This document shows, piece after piece, positions 1 through 8,963 of a stretch of DNA of 64,000 nt (its first letter is position 1; each line of letters begins with the position of its first letter). A program made the position numbers and the translations under genes. The DNA comes from Escherichia coli (GTDB lineage Bacteria; Pseudomonadota; Gammaproteobacteria; Enterobacterales; Enterobacteriaceae): the NCBI RefSeq assembly GCF_022846255.1, contig NZ_AP025682.1, one strand, 5' to 3'. Below the pieces are notes generated by a model that was not told the origin of the DNA, made no database searches, and was given only the letters and a program-made list of their open reading frames with translations.

Positions 1-592
1 TCTATACTTCCACAAAGCGCCGAACGCTAAAGAGTTGCATGAAGAGACGGTGCGTAAACTGCTGGCCCTGCATATGTATGACTGCGCGCGTGCCAACAAA
101 GCGATGTCAGCCTGGGGCGTGGAAGCACGCGTTCCGTTCCTCGACAAAAAATTCCTTGATGTGGCGATGCGTATTAACCCACAGGATAAAATGTGCGGTA
201 ACGGCAAAATGGAAAAACACATCCTGCGTGAATGTTTTGAAGCGTATCTGCCCGCAAGCGTGGCCTGGCGGCAGAAAGAGCAGTTCTCCGATGGCGTCGG
301 TTACAGTTGGATCGACACCCTGAAAGAAGTAGCAGCGCAGCAGGTTTCTGATCAACAGCTGGAAACTGCCCGCTTCCGCTTCCCGTACAACACGCCGACG
401 TCCAAAGAAGCGTATCTGTACCGGGAGATCTTTGAAGAACTGTTCCCGCTTCCGAGCGCCGCTGAGTGCGTGCCGGGCGGTCCTTCCGTCGCGTGTTCTT
501 CCGCTAAAGCGATCGAGTGGGATGAGGCGTTCAAGAAAATGGACGATCCGTCTGGTCGTGCGGTTGGTGTTCACCAGTCGGCGTATAAGTAA
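1..592 (+). CDS. asnB: asparagine synthetase B, C-terminal part (5' end upstream of window)
   Basis: Frame of ORF 35..592 is open to the window edge; translation (...VRKLLALHMYDCARANKAMSAWGVEARVPFLDKKF...) recognised as AsnB C-terminus; followed by hairpin plus T-run. Confidence 0.9.
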   Translation, partial: LYFHKAPNAKELHEETVRKLLALHMYDCARANKAMSAWGVEARVPFLDKKFLDVAMRINPQDKMCGNGKMEKHILRECFEAYLPASVAWRQKEQFSDGVGYSWIDTLKEVAAQQVSDQQLETARFRFPYNTPTSKEAYLYREIFEELFPLPSAAECVPGGPSVACSSAKAIEWDEAFKKMDDPSGRAVGVHQSAYK

Positions 593-602
593 GAAATGCG
601 AA

Positions 603-632
603 ACAGCCCCGGTAAAATCCGGGGCTGTTTTA
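603..632 (+). terminator. rho-independent terminator after asnB
   Basis: acagccccgg-taaaat-ccggggctgt followed by ttt, 11 nt after the asnB stop. Confidence 0.7.
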
Positions 633-903
633 GTTATTGAGCTGCTTGTTGATTCTGATATGCAGTAAGGAAATGTTCCGGGTTTGCCACATCGCTGTTT
701 GACAACTCATTACTGTAGGCCAGTATTTCATAGATTAATTTCCCACCACTATTGTTGAATTCCGAATTTCATCCTGTATGACAAAAGAATGGCTGTAGGG
801 TGGGGAGAAAACACAAAGTAAACAATAATTGACGAATATAGCGCCATGCTGTTCGCAACCTAACCAAACAGTCACTTTCGAGCAATTTTCCTTGAAAAAG
901 AGG

Positions 904-932
904 TTGACGCTGCAAGGCTCTATACGCATAAT
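904..932 (+). promoter_or_regulatory. candidate sigma70 promoter of the tRNA operon (TTGACG-17 nt-CATAAT) with GC-rich discriminator
   Basis: TTGACG at 904-909, 17-nt spacer, CATAAT at 927-932, then gcgcccc discriminator typical of stringently controlled stable-RNA promoters; about 40 nt upstream of metT. Confidence 0.5.
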
Positions 933-972
933 GCGCCCCGCAACGCCGATAAGGTATCGCGAAAAAAAAGAT

Positions 973-1049
973 GGCTACGTAGCTCAGTTGGTTAGAGCAC
1001 ATCACTCATAATGATGGGGTCACAGGTTCGAATCCCGTCGTAGCCACCA
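973..1049 (+). tRNA. metT: tRNA-Met (elongator, anticodon CAU)
   Basis: 77-nt sequence GGCTACGTAGCTCAGTTGGTTAGAGCACATCACTCATAATGATGGGGTCACAGGTTCGAATCCCGTCGTAGCCACCA read directly; cloverleaf and CCA end. Confidence 0.95.
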
Positions 1050-1059
1050 TCTTTTTTTT

Positions 1060-1144
1060 GCGGGAGTGGCGAAATTGGTAGACGCACCAGATTTAGGTTC
1101 TGGCGCCGCAAGGTGTGCGAGTTCAAGTCTCGCCTCCCGCACCA
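1060..1144 (+). tRNA. leuW: tRNA-Leu (anticodon UAG), long variable arm
   Basis: 85-nt sequence GCGGGAGTGGCGAAATTGGTAGACGCACCAGATTTAGGTTCTGG...CGCCTCCCGCACCA read directly. Confidence 0.95.
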
Positions 1145-1167
1145 TTCACCAGAAAGCGTTGTACGGA

Positions 1168-1242
1168 TGGGGTATCGCCAAGCGGTAAGGCACCGGTTTT
1201 TGATACCGGCATTCCCTGGTTCGAATCCAGGTACCCCAGCCA
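1168..1242 (+). tRNA. glnU: tRNA-Gln (anticodon UUG)
   Basis: 75-nt TGGGGTATCGCCAAGCGGTAAGGCACCGGTTTTTGATACCGGCATTCCCTGGTTCGAATCCAGGTACCCCAGCCA. Confidence 0.95.
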
Positions 1243-1276
1243 TATTCTTCGAGTAAGCGGTTCACCGCCCGGTTAT

Positions 1277-1351
1277 TGGGGTATCGCCAAGCGGTAAGGC
1301 ACCGGTTTTTGATACCGGCATTCCCTGGTTCGAATCCAGGTACCCCAGCCA
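1277..1351 (+). tRNA. glnW: tRNA-Gln (anticodon UUG), tandem duplicate
   Basis: Identical 75-nt copy of the glnU sequence. Confidence 0.95.
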
Positions 1352-1366
1352 TCGAAGAAACAATCT

Positions 1367-1443
1367 GGCTACGTAGCTCAGTTGGTTAGAGCACATCACT
1401 CATAATGATGGGGTCACAGGTTCGAATCCCGTCGTAGCCACCA
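1367..1443 (+). tRNA. metU: tRNA-Met (elongator, anticodon CAU), second copy
   Basis: Identical 77-nt copy of the metT sequence. Confidence 0.95.
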
Positions 1444-1491
1444 AATTCTGAATGTGTCGAATACGTTCGGCAAATTCAAAAACCAATTTGT

Positions 1492-1566
1492 TGGGGTATC
1501 GCCAAGCGGTAAGGCACCGGATTCTGATTCCGGCATTCCGAGGTTCGAATCCTCGTACCCCAGCCA
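1492..1566 (+). tRNA. glnV: tRNA-Gln (anticodon CUG)
   Basis: 75-nt TGGGGTATCGCCAAGCGGTAAGGCACCGGATTCTGATTCCGGCATTCCGAGGTTCGAATCCTCGTACCCCAGCCA. Confidence 0.95.
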
Positions 1567-1603
1567 ATTTATTCAAGACGCTTACCTTGTAAGTGCACCC
1601 AGT

Positions 1604-1678
1604 TGGGGTATCGCCAAGCGGTAAGGCACCGGATTCTGATTCCGGCATTCCGAGGTTCGAATCCTCGTACCCCAGCCA
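1604..1678 (+). tRNA. glnX: tRNA-Gln (anticodon CUG), tandem duplicate
   Basis: Identical 75-nt copy of the glnV sequence. Confidence 0.95.
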
Positions 1679-1687
1679 CATTTGAAA

Positions 1688-1715
1688 AGCTCGCTTCGGC
1701 GGGCTTTTTGCTTTT
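1688..1715 (+). terminator. rho-independent terminator of the tRNA operon
   Basis: agctcgc-ttcg-gcgggct stem (one U.G pair) with UUCG loop, followed by ttttgctttt. Confidence 0.65.
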
Positions 1716-1894
1716 CTGCGTATATTCAATGTCGAATGCGATGTTGATACAGCTAATTTGAATTTGGCCCACGGTTCAGGGCAAACCAGCCTGGAAGCAC
1801 ACTCAGGCGCGGTTTTCCCGCTCACCCTAACCCTCTCCCCAAGGGGCGAGGGGACCGTCCGCACGCTTTTGTAGCTTTGGTATCAACCGTTACG

Positions 1895-3070
1895 CTACAA
1901 CCCTAACGCATATTTCAGCGCCTGACGTTTCAACACGCCAGCACGCTCAGCCGCCATTAATCCGAGATTACGCATAAAACGCAGTGGTGGCAGATTATTG
2001 CTGAATCCGGCATAAAACAGATCCATACCACTTTGCATAATGAAGTTATCCGCCATGCGCCGCATCTGGTAACGCTTGAGGACAGGATAACTGGCCCACG
2101 CTTCGCCATAGCTGCGGGCGTTCACCAGAACATCAATCAGGGCATCGACATCACGATAACCAAGATTCACCCCCTGCCCCGCCAGCGGATGGATGGTATG
2201 CGCGGCATCGCCCACCAGTGCAAGCCCTGGTTGCACATACTGCAACGCATGGCGACGTGTCAGCGGAAACGCACCAGCGGCAAGCGGTGTCACGTAACCC
2301 AGACGCGACGGGAAATGCTTCGCGATTTCCGCCTGGAGCTGCGCCATATTCATATTCTGCAACTGGCGAATGCGCGCCGGAGAGTCATACCACACCAGCG
2401 ATGCCCAGTTATCAAACAACGGCAGAAACGCACGCGGTCCGTCCGGGGTAAATTGCTGCCAGGTGCTATCGCCGGGATCGTTCTCGCACTGTACGCTAAT
2501 CAACATACACGACTGTGCATACTGCCAGGCATGAACGCCAATTCCCGCCATCTGCCGCACCTGCGAATTTGCGCCGTCGGCACCAATCACCAGCTTCGCG
2601 CGGATCGTTTCACCGCCCTTCAGTTCCAGCTCCTGAAGATCATTATGGCGATGCAGCGCAATCAGCGAGCCTGGCACACGTAACGTTACTTTCGGATGCG
2701 CTTCCAGCGCCTGCCACAGCGCCTGTTGCAGGACAGTGTTTTCCACCATGTAGCCAAGCAACGGTAGCTTAAGTTCAGCGGCGTCAAACACCACATGCGC
2801 CGTTTCCCACTCCCACGTTTCCAGTCTGCGGTAAGGATGGCAACGCATAGCCTGTACTGCATCCCAGACCCCTAACCCTTTAAGCAATGATACCGAAGCC
2901 GCACTAATCGCCGAGATCCGCACGTCCGGCTGGCTGTCAGCGACAAACGGTGCAGGTTGGGCATGTTCGATAACCGTTACCGAAAATCCGTGCTGAGCCA
3001 GTCCCAGCGCCAGTGCGCCGCCGACCATTCCTCCGCCGACAATGGCAATTTCCGTTGGTTGATTTGTCAT
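1895..3070 (-). CDS. ubiF: 2-octaprenyl-3-methyl-6-methoxy-1,4-benzoquinol hydroxylase (FAD monooxygenase)
   Basis: ORF 1895..3076 translation MTMTNQPTEIAIVGGGMVGGALALG... (Rossmann GxGxxG); start placed at the second Met to match UbiF (MTNQPTEIAIVGGG...). Confidence 0.9.
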   Translation of the reverse strand: MTNQPTEIAIVGGGMVGGALALGLAQHGFSVTVIEHAQPAPFVADSQPDVRISAISAASVSLLKGLGVWDAVQAMRCHPYRRLETWEWETAHVVFDAAELKLPLLGYMVENTVLQQALWQALEAHPKVTLRVPGSLIALHRHNDLQELELKGGETIRAKLVIGADGANSQVRQMAGIGVHAWQYAQSCMLISVQCENDPGDSTWQQFTPDGPRAFLPLFDNWASLVWYDSPARIRQLQNMNMAQLQAEIAKHFPSRLGYVTPLAAGAFPLTRRHALQYVQPGLALVGDAAHTIHPLAGQGVNLGYRDVDALIDVLVNARSYGEAWASYPVLKRYQMRRMADNFIMQSGMDLFYAGFSNNLPPLRFMRNLGLMAAERAGVLKRQALKYALGL

Positions 3071-3215
3071 GGTCAATCATCCTGTTAGCAATATGCTTTA
3101 AGTTTACAGGATTTTTACCCCCAAGGGCTGATAACGCTCATACTGGTCACAACGGCAGCAAAGCATTACACTATGCGCCCTGCATTCCTGGCTACTATTT
3201 CGCAAGAGCAAGTCG

Positions 3216-4640
3216 ATGACCAAAAAACTCCATATTAAAACCTGGGGCTGTCAGATGAACGAGTACGATTCATCGAAGATGGCCGATCTGCTGGATGCCA
3301 CCCACGGCTATCAACTGACCGACGTGGCGGAAGAAGCGGATGTGCTGCTGCTGAACACCTGCTCAATCCGCGAGAAGGCTCAGGAAAAAGTCTTCCATCA
3401 GTTGGGTCGCTGGAAACTGTTAAAAGAGAAGAATCCAGACCTGATTATCGGCGTCGGCGGCTGCGTGGCATCGCAAGAAGGCGAGCACATTCGCCAGCGC
3501 GCCCACTATGTCGATATTATTTTTGGGCCGCAAACGCTGCACCGTCTGCCGGAGATGATCAACTCCGTGCGCGGCGACCGCAGCCCGGTTGTAGATATCA
3601 GCTTCCCGGAAATCGAGAAGTTTGACCGTCTGCCGGAACCGCGTGCCGAAGGGCCGACCGCGTTTGTCTCCATCATGGAAGGCTGCAATAAATATTGCAC
3701 CTACTGCGTGGTGCCTTACACCCGTGGTGAAGAGGTAAGCCGTCCGTCCGACGATATTCTGTTTGAAATTGCCCAGCTTGCGGCTCAGGGCGTGCGTGAA
3801 GTCAACCTGCTCGGTCAGAACGTGAACGCCTGGCGTGGTGAAAACTACGACGGCACCACCGGATCGTTTGCCGATCTGCTGCGTCTGGTTGCGGCGATCG
3901 ACGGGATCGATCGTATTCGCTTTACCACCAGCCATCCGATCGAATTCACCGACGATATCATCGAAGTGTATCGCGACACGCCGGAGCTGGTGAGTTTCCT
4001 GCATCTGCCGGTACAGAGCGGTTCCGATCGCATTCTGAACCTGATGGGACGTACCCATACAGCGCTGGAGTACAAAGCGATCATCCGTAAACTGCGTGCG
4101 GCGCGTCCGGATATTCAGATCAGTTCTGACTTCATCGTTGGCTTCCCTGGCGAAACCACCGAAGACTTCGAGAAAACGATGAAGCTGATTGCCGACGTCA
4201 ATTTCGACATGAGCTACAGCTTTATCTTCTCTGCACGTCCGGGTACGCCAGCCGCCGATATGGTTGATGATGTTCCGGAAGAAGAGAAGAAGCAGCGTCT
4301 GTATATTCTGCAAGAACGTATTAATCAGCAAGCGATGGCATGGAGCCGCCGGATGCTCGGCACCACCCAGCGTATTCTGGTAGAAGGTACATCGCGTAAG
4401 AGCATCATGGAGCTTTCCGGTCGCACTGAAAATAACCGCGTGGTCAACTTTGAAGGCACGCCAGATATGATCGGTAAATTCGTCGATGTAGAAATTACCG
4501 ACGTCTACCCGAACTCTCTGCGCGGTAAAGTGGTGCGTACTGAAGATGAAATGGGTCTGCGCGTGGCAGAAACGCCGGAATCGGTGATTGCCCGTACCCG
4601 CAAAGAAAACGACCTTGGCGTGGGTTATTATCAGCCGTAA
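3216..4640 (+). CDS. miaB: tRNA-i6A37 methylthiotransferase (radical SAM)
   Basis: 474-aa translation [26 protein letters not shown]... with CNKYCTYC radical-SAM cysteine motif. Confidence 0.95.
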
Positions 4641-4645
4641 TTCTC

Positions 4646-4678
4646 AGGCCCGCCGTTCCGGTGGGCCTTGTTTTTTCT
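4646..4678 (+). terminator. rho-independent terminator after miaB
   Basis: aggcccgcc-gttcc-ggtgggcct stem (9 bp, one G.U) followed by tgtttttt. Confidence 0.7.
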
Positions 4679-4792
4679 CTCTTTATCCCCATCTTTATCG
4701 CAATGCTTGCGCCTTTTTCCTGTGGCGTGAATAATTTCCTTATAGGCCGGTGAATGTTCAGCTTCCGGCGGCATACAGATAAGAGGAACGGT

Positions 4793-5833
4793 TTGAACAT
4801 AGACACTCGCGAAATCACCCTGGAGCCAGCAGACAATGCGCGTCTGTTGAGCCTGTGCGGCCCGTTTGATGACAACATCAAGCAGCTCGAACGCCGTCTC
4901 GGCATCGAGATCAATCGCCGCGATAACCACTTTAAACTGACCGGCCGTCCGATTTGCGTCACCGCTGCGGCAGACATTCTGCGTAGCCTGTATGTCGATA
5001 CTGCCCCGATGCGTGGTCAGATTCAGGATATCGAACCGGAACAGATCCACCTTGCGATTAAAGAAGCGCGGGTACTGGAGCAAAGCGCGGAGAGCGTGCC
5101 GGAGTACGGCAAAGCGGTCAATATCAAAACCAAACGCGGCGTAATCAAGCCGCGTACGCCAAACCAGGCGCAGTACATCGCCAATATTCTCGACCATGAC
5201 ATCACCTTCGGCGTTGGCCCGGCGGGTACGGGTAAAACCTACCTGGCAGTGGCTGCGGCAGTTGATGCCCTGGAGCGTCAGGAAATTCGCCGTATTCTGC
5301 TGACTCGTCCGGCGGTAGAAGCCGGTGAGAAACTGGGCTTCCTGCCTGGCGATTTAAGCCAGAAAGTAGACCCGTATTTGCGCCCACTGTACGACGCGCT
5401 GTTTGAAATGCTGGGCTTTGAGAAAGTCGAGAAACTGATTGAGCGCAACGTTATTGAAGTCGCGCCGCTGGCCTATATGCGTGGTCGTACGCTGAACGAC
5501 GCGTTTATCATTCTTGATGAGAGCCAGAACACCACCATCGAACAGATGAAGATGTTCCTGACCCGTATCGGTTTTAACTCAAAAGCGGTTATCACCGGCG
5601 ACGTCACACAGATCGACCTGCCGCGTAATACCAAGTCAGGCTTGCGTCACGCCATCGAAGTGCTGGCCGATGTTGAAGAGATCAGCTTTAACTTCTTCCA
5701 CAGCGAAGACGTGGTTCGTCACCCGGTGGTGGCGCGTATCGTTAACGCTTATGAAGCCTGGGAAGAAGCCGAACAAAAACGTAAAGCGGCGCTGGCAGCA
5801 GAACGCAAGCGCGAAGAACAGGAACAAAAATGA
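4793..5833 (+). CDS. ybeZ: PhoH-like ATPase
   Basis: ORF 4754..5833; Walker A GPAGTGKT; probable native start is the TTG at 4793 ([19 protein letters not shown]...) preceded by aagaggaa SD; ATG at 4754 is the alternative. Confidence 0.9.
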
Positions 5834-6297
5834 GTCAGGTGATCCTCGATTTACAACTGGCATGTGAAGATAATTCCGGGTTACCGGAAGAGAGCCAGTT
5901 TCAAACATGGCTGAATGCGGTGATCCCGCAGTTTCAGGAAGAGTCGGAAGTGACTATTCGCGTGGTCGATACCGCCGAAAGCCACAGTCTGAATCTGACC
6001 TATCGCGGTAAGGATAAGCCGACCAACGTGCTCTCCTTCCCGTTTGAAGTGCCGCCTGGCATGGAAATGTCGCTACTGGGCGATCTGGTTATCTGCCGTC
6101 AGGTGGTTGAGAAGGAAGCTCAGGAGCAAGGCAAACCACTGGAGGCGCACTGGGCGCATATGGTGGTGCACGGCAGTCTGCATTTGTTAGGTTACGATCA
6201 CATCGAAGATGACGAAGCAGAAGAAATGGAAGCCCTCGAAACAGAGATTATGCTTGCTCTGGGCTATGAGGATCCGTACATTGCCGAGAAAGAATAA
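5830..6297 (+). CDS. ybeY: endoribonuclease YbeY (16S rRNA 3'-end maturation)
   Basis: 155-aa translation with [11 protein letters not shown] metal-binding motif; ATGA overlap with ybeZ stop. Confidence 0.95.
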
Positions 6298-6327
6298 TTT
6301 GCCAGGCATTTGACTGGCAGACGTCCC

Positions 6328-6356
6328 CGCCGTTGGTGATTAACGACGGCGTTTTG
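6328..6356 (+). terminator. intra-operon hairpin plus T-run between ybeY and corC (possible attenuator)
   Basis: cgccgttg-gtgattaa-cgacggcg (8-bp stem, one U.G) followed by ttttgatt. Confidence 0.45.
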
Positions 6357-6386
6357 ATTAACTAACATGAGAACCCATACGACGCC

Positions 6387-7265
6387 ATGAGCGACGACAA
6401 TTCACACAGTAGTGACACGATAAGCAACAAGAAGGGATTTTTCTCCCTGTTACTCAGCCAACTTTTCCACGGTGAACCGAAAAACCGTGACGAACTGCTG
6501 GCGCTGATCCGTGATTCCGGGCAGAACGACCTTATCGACGAAGATACGCGCGATATGCTCGAAGGGGTGATGGACATCGCAGACCAACGCGTCCGCGACA
6601 TCATGATCCCCCGCTCCCAGATGATTACCCTGAAACGCAACCAGACACTGGACGAATGCCTTGATGTCATCATCGAGTCCGCCCACTCACGTTTCCCGGT
6701 GATTAGCGAAGACAAAGATCACATTGAAGGGATTCTGATGGCGAAAGACTTGCTGCCGTTTATGCGCAGCGATGCTGAAGCCTTCAGCATGGACAAAGTG
6801 TTACGTCAGGCGGTTGTCGTTCCTGAAAGTAAGCGCGTAGACCGGATGCTGAAAGAGTTTCGCTCTCAGCGTTACCACATGGCGATCGTCATTGACGAAT
6901 TCGGTGGGGTTTCCGGTCTGGTGACCATTGAAGACATCCTGGAACTGATTGTTGGTGAGATTGAAGACGAGTATGACGAAGAAGATGATATCGACTTCCG
7001 TCAGTTGAGTCGTCATACCTGGACCGTGCGCGCACTGGCTTCCATTGAAGACTTCAACGAAGCGTTCGGTACCCACTTTAGCGATGAAGAGGTTGACACT
7101 ATCGGTGGTCTGGTGATGCAGGCATTTGGGCATCTTCCGGCGCGTGGCGAAACCATCGACATCGACGGTTACCAGTTCAAAGTGGCGATGGCCGACAGTC
7201 GGCGTATTATTCAGGTTCATGTCAAAATCCCGGATGACTCACCCCAGCCGAAGCTGGATGAATAA
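6387..7265 (+). CDS. corC: Mg2+/Co2+ efflux protein (CBS-pair plus CorC_HlyC domain)
   Basis: 292-aa translation [38 protein letters not shown]... recognised as CorC/YbeX. Confidence 0.95.
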   Translation: MSDDNSHSSDTISNKKGFFSLLLSQLFHGEPKNRDELLALIRDSGQNDLIDEDTRDMLEGVMDIADQRVRDIMIPRSQMITLKRNQTLDECLDVIIESAHSRFPVISEDKDHIEGILMAKDLLPFMRSDAEAFSMDKVLRQAVVVPESKRVDRMLKEFRSQRYHMAIVIDEFGGVSGLVTIEDILELIVGEIEDEYDEEDDIDFRQLSRHTWTVRALASIEDFNEAFGTHFSDEEVDTIGGLVMQAFGHLPARGETIDIDGYQFKVAMADSRRIIQVHVKIPDDSPQPKLDE

Positions 7266-7289
7266 AACCGAAACTGGATAGATAACTAC

Positions 7290-8831
7290 ATGGCTTTTGC
7301 CTCATTAATTGAACGCCAGCGCATTCGCCTGCTGCTGGCGTTATTATTCGGTGCCTGCGGAACGCTGGCCTTCTCTCCTTACGATGTCTGGCCTGCGGCG
7401 ATTATTTCGCTGATGGGGCTTCAGGCGCTGACCTTTAACCGCCGTCCACTCCAGTCTGCCGCTATTGGCTTTTGCTGGGGATTTGGTCTCTTTGGCAGCG
7501 GTATTAACTGGGTCTATGTCAGCATCGCGACCTTTGGCGGAATGCCTGGCCCGGTTAACATCTTCCTGGTGGTACTGCTGGCGGCGTATTTGTCGCTGTA
7601 TACCGGACTGTTTGCTGGCGTGCTGTCGCGTCTGTGGCCGAAAACCACCTGGCTGCGCGTGGCGATTGCCGCTCCTGCTCTCTGGCAAGTGACCGAGTTT
7701 CTGCGCGGTTGGGTGCTGACTGGCTTCCCGTGGTTACAGTTCGGCTATAGCCAGATTGATGGCCCGTTAAAAGGGCTGGCACCGCTAATGGGCGTGGAAG
7801 CCATTAACTTCCTGCTTATGATGGTTAGCGGCCTGCTGGCACTGGCGTTAGTCAAACGCAACTGGCGTCCGCTGGTGGTGGCCGTCGTGCTGTTTGCCCT
7901 ACCCTTCCCGCTGCGTTACATCCAGTGGTTTACCCCGCAACCGGAGAAAACCATTCAGGTTTCGATGGTTCAGGGCGATATTCCGCAATCGCTGAAATGG
8001 GACGAAGGCCAGCTTCTTAATACGCTGAAGATTTACTACAACGCAACGGCACCGCTGATGGGCAAATCATCGTTGATTATCTGGCCGGAGTCGGCGATAA
8101 CCGATCTGGAAATTAATCAGCAACCGTTCCTCAAAGCTCTGGACGGTGAGTTGCGCGATAAAGGTAGCTCGCTGGTCACCGGGATTGTCGACGCGCGTCT
8201 CAATAAGCAGAACCGCTACGATACCTACAACACCATCATCACACTGGGTAAAGGTGCACCGTACAGCTACGAATCAGCCGATCGCTATAACAAAAACCAT
8301 CTGGTGCCGTTTGGCGAGTTTGTCCCGCTCGAGTCGATTCTGCGTCCGTTAGCACCGTTCTTTGATCTGCCGATGTCGTCGTTCAGCCGTGGGCCATATA
8401 TCCAGCCGCCGCTGTCGGTAAATGGTATTGAGCTTACTGCGGCTATTTGCTACGAGATCATTCTCGGCGAGCAAGTGCGCGATAACTTCCGCCCGGATAC
8501 CGACTATCTGCTGACTATCTCCAACGATGCGTGGTTTGGTAAGTCTATTGGTCCATGGCAGCACTTCCAGATGGCGCGAATGCGTGCGTTGGAGCTGGCG
8601 CGCCCATTGCTGCGTAGCACCAACAACGGTATTACGGCGGTGATTGGCCCGCAGGGTGAGATTCAGGCAATGATCCCGCAGTTCACCCGCGAAGTGTTGA
8701 CCACTAACGTGACGCCGACCACCGGACTCACACCGTACGCACGTACCGGCAACTGGCCGCTGTGGGTACTGACGGCATTGTTTGGTTTTGCCGCCGTGTT
8801 GATGAGTCTGCGTCAACGACGTAAACGTTGA
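7290..8831 (+). CDS. lnt: apolipoprotein N-acyltransferase
   Basis: 513-aa translation, N-terminal multi-TM region plus C-terminal CN-hydrolase domain; recognised as Lnt. Confidence 0.95.
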   Translation: MAFASLIERQRIRLLLALLFGACGTLAFSPYDVWPAAIISLMGLQALTFNRRPLQSAAIGFCWGFGLFGSGINWVYVSIATFGGMPGPVNIFLVVLLAAYLSLYTGLFAGVLSRLWPKTTWLRVAIAAPALWQVTEFLRGWVLTGFPWLQFGYSQIDGPLKGLAPLMGVEAINFLLMMVSGLLALALVKRNWRPLVVAVVLFALPFPLRYIQWFTPQPEKTIQVSMVQGDIPQSLKWDEGQLLNTLKIYYNATAPLMGKSSLIIWPESAITDLEINQQPFLKALDGELRDKGSSLVTGIVDARLNKQNRYDTYNTIITLGKGAPYSYESADRYNKNHLVPFGEFVPLESILRPLAPFFDLPMSSFSRGPYIQPPLSVNGIELTAAICYEIILGEQVRDNFRPDTDYLLTISNDAWFGKSIGPWQHFQMARMRALELARPLLRSTNNGITAVIGPQGEIQAMIPQFTREVLTTNVTPTTGLTPYARTGNWPLWVLTALFGFAAVLMSLRQRRKR

Positions 8832-8935
8832 TGTGAATGATGCGCTGGCCTGCATAATTGCATCAATTTTGCAGGCCAGATAAACCGTTAACACCGCATC
8901 CGGTATCAACAAAACGTACTTTCTCATTGAGCTGT

Positions 8936-8963
8936 GGGGCGTGATTATCATGCCCCTTTTTTC
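8936..8963 (+). terminator. candidate terminator after lnt
   Basis: ggggc-gtgattatcat-gcccc followed by tttttt; the minus-strand 625-aa gene stop codon (8964-8966) abuts the T-run. Confidence 0.45.

Noticed and set aside
992-1864. Minus-strand ORFs (83, 68, 154, 67 aa) spanning the tRNA cluster
   Set aside because: They read through tRNA genes in reverse (repeated ...AGVPGFEPGNAGIKNRCLTAWRYP... is simply tRNA-Gln antisense); not coding
2033-2683. 216-aa plus-strand ORF (and 2218..2451, 2515..2772) inside ubiF
   Set aside because: Antisense to a confidently identified gene; low-complexity, Arg/His-rich translation typical of spurious antisense frames
3420-4331. 303-aa minus-strand ORF inside miaB
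   Set aside because: Antisense to miaB; no recognisable domain; composition typical of an antisense frame
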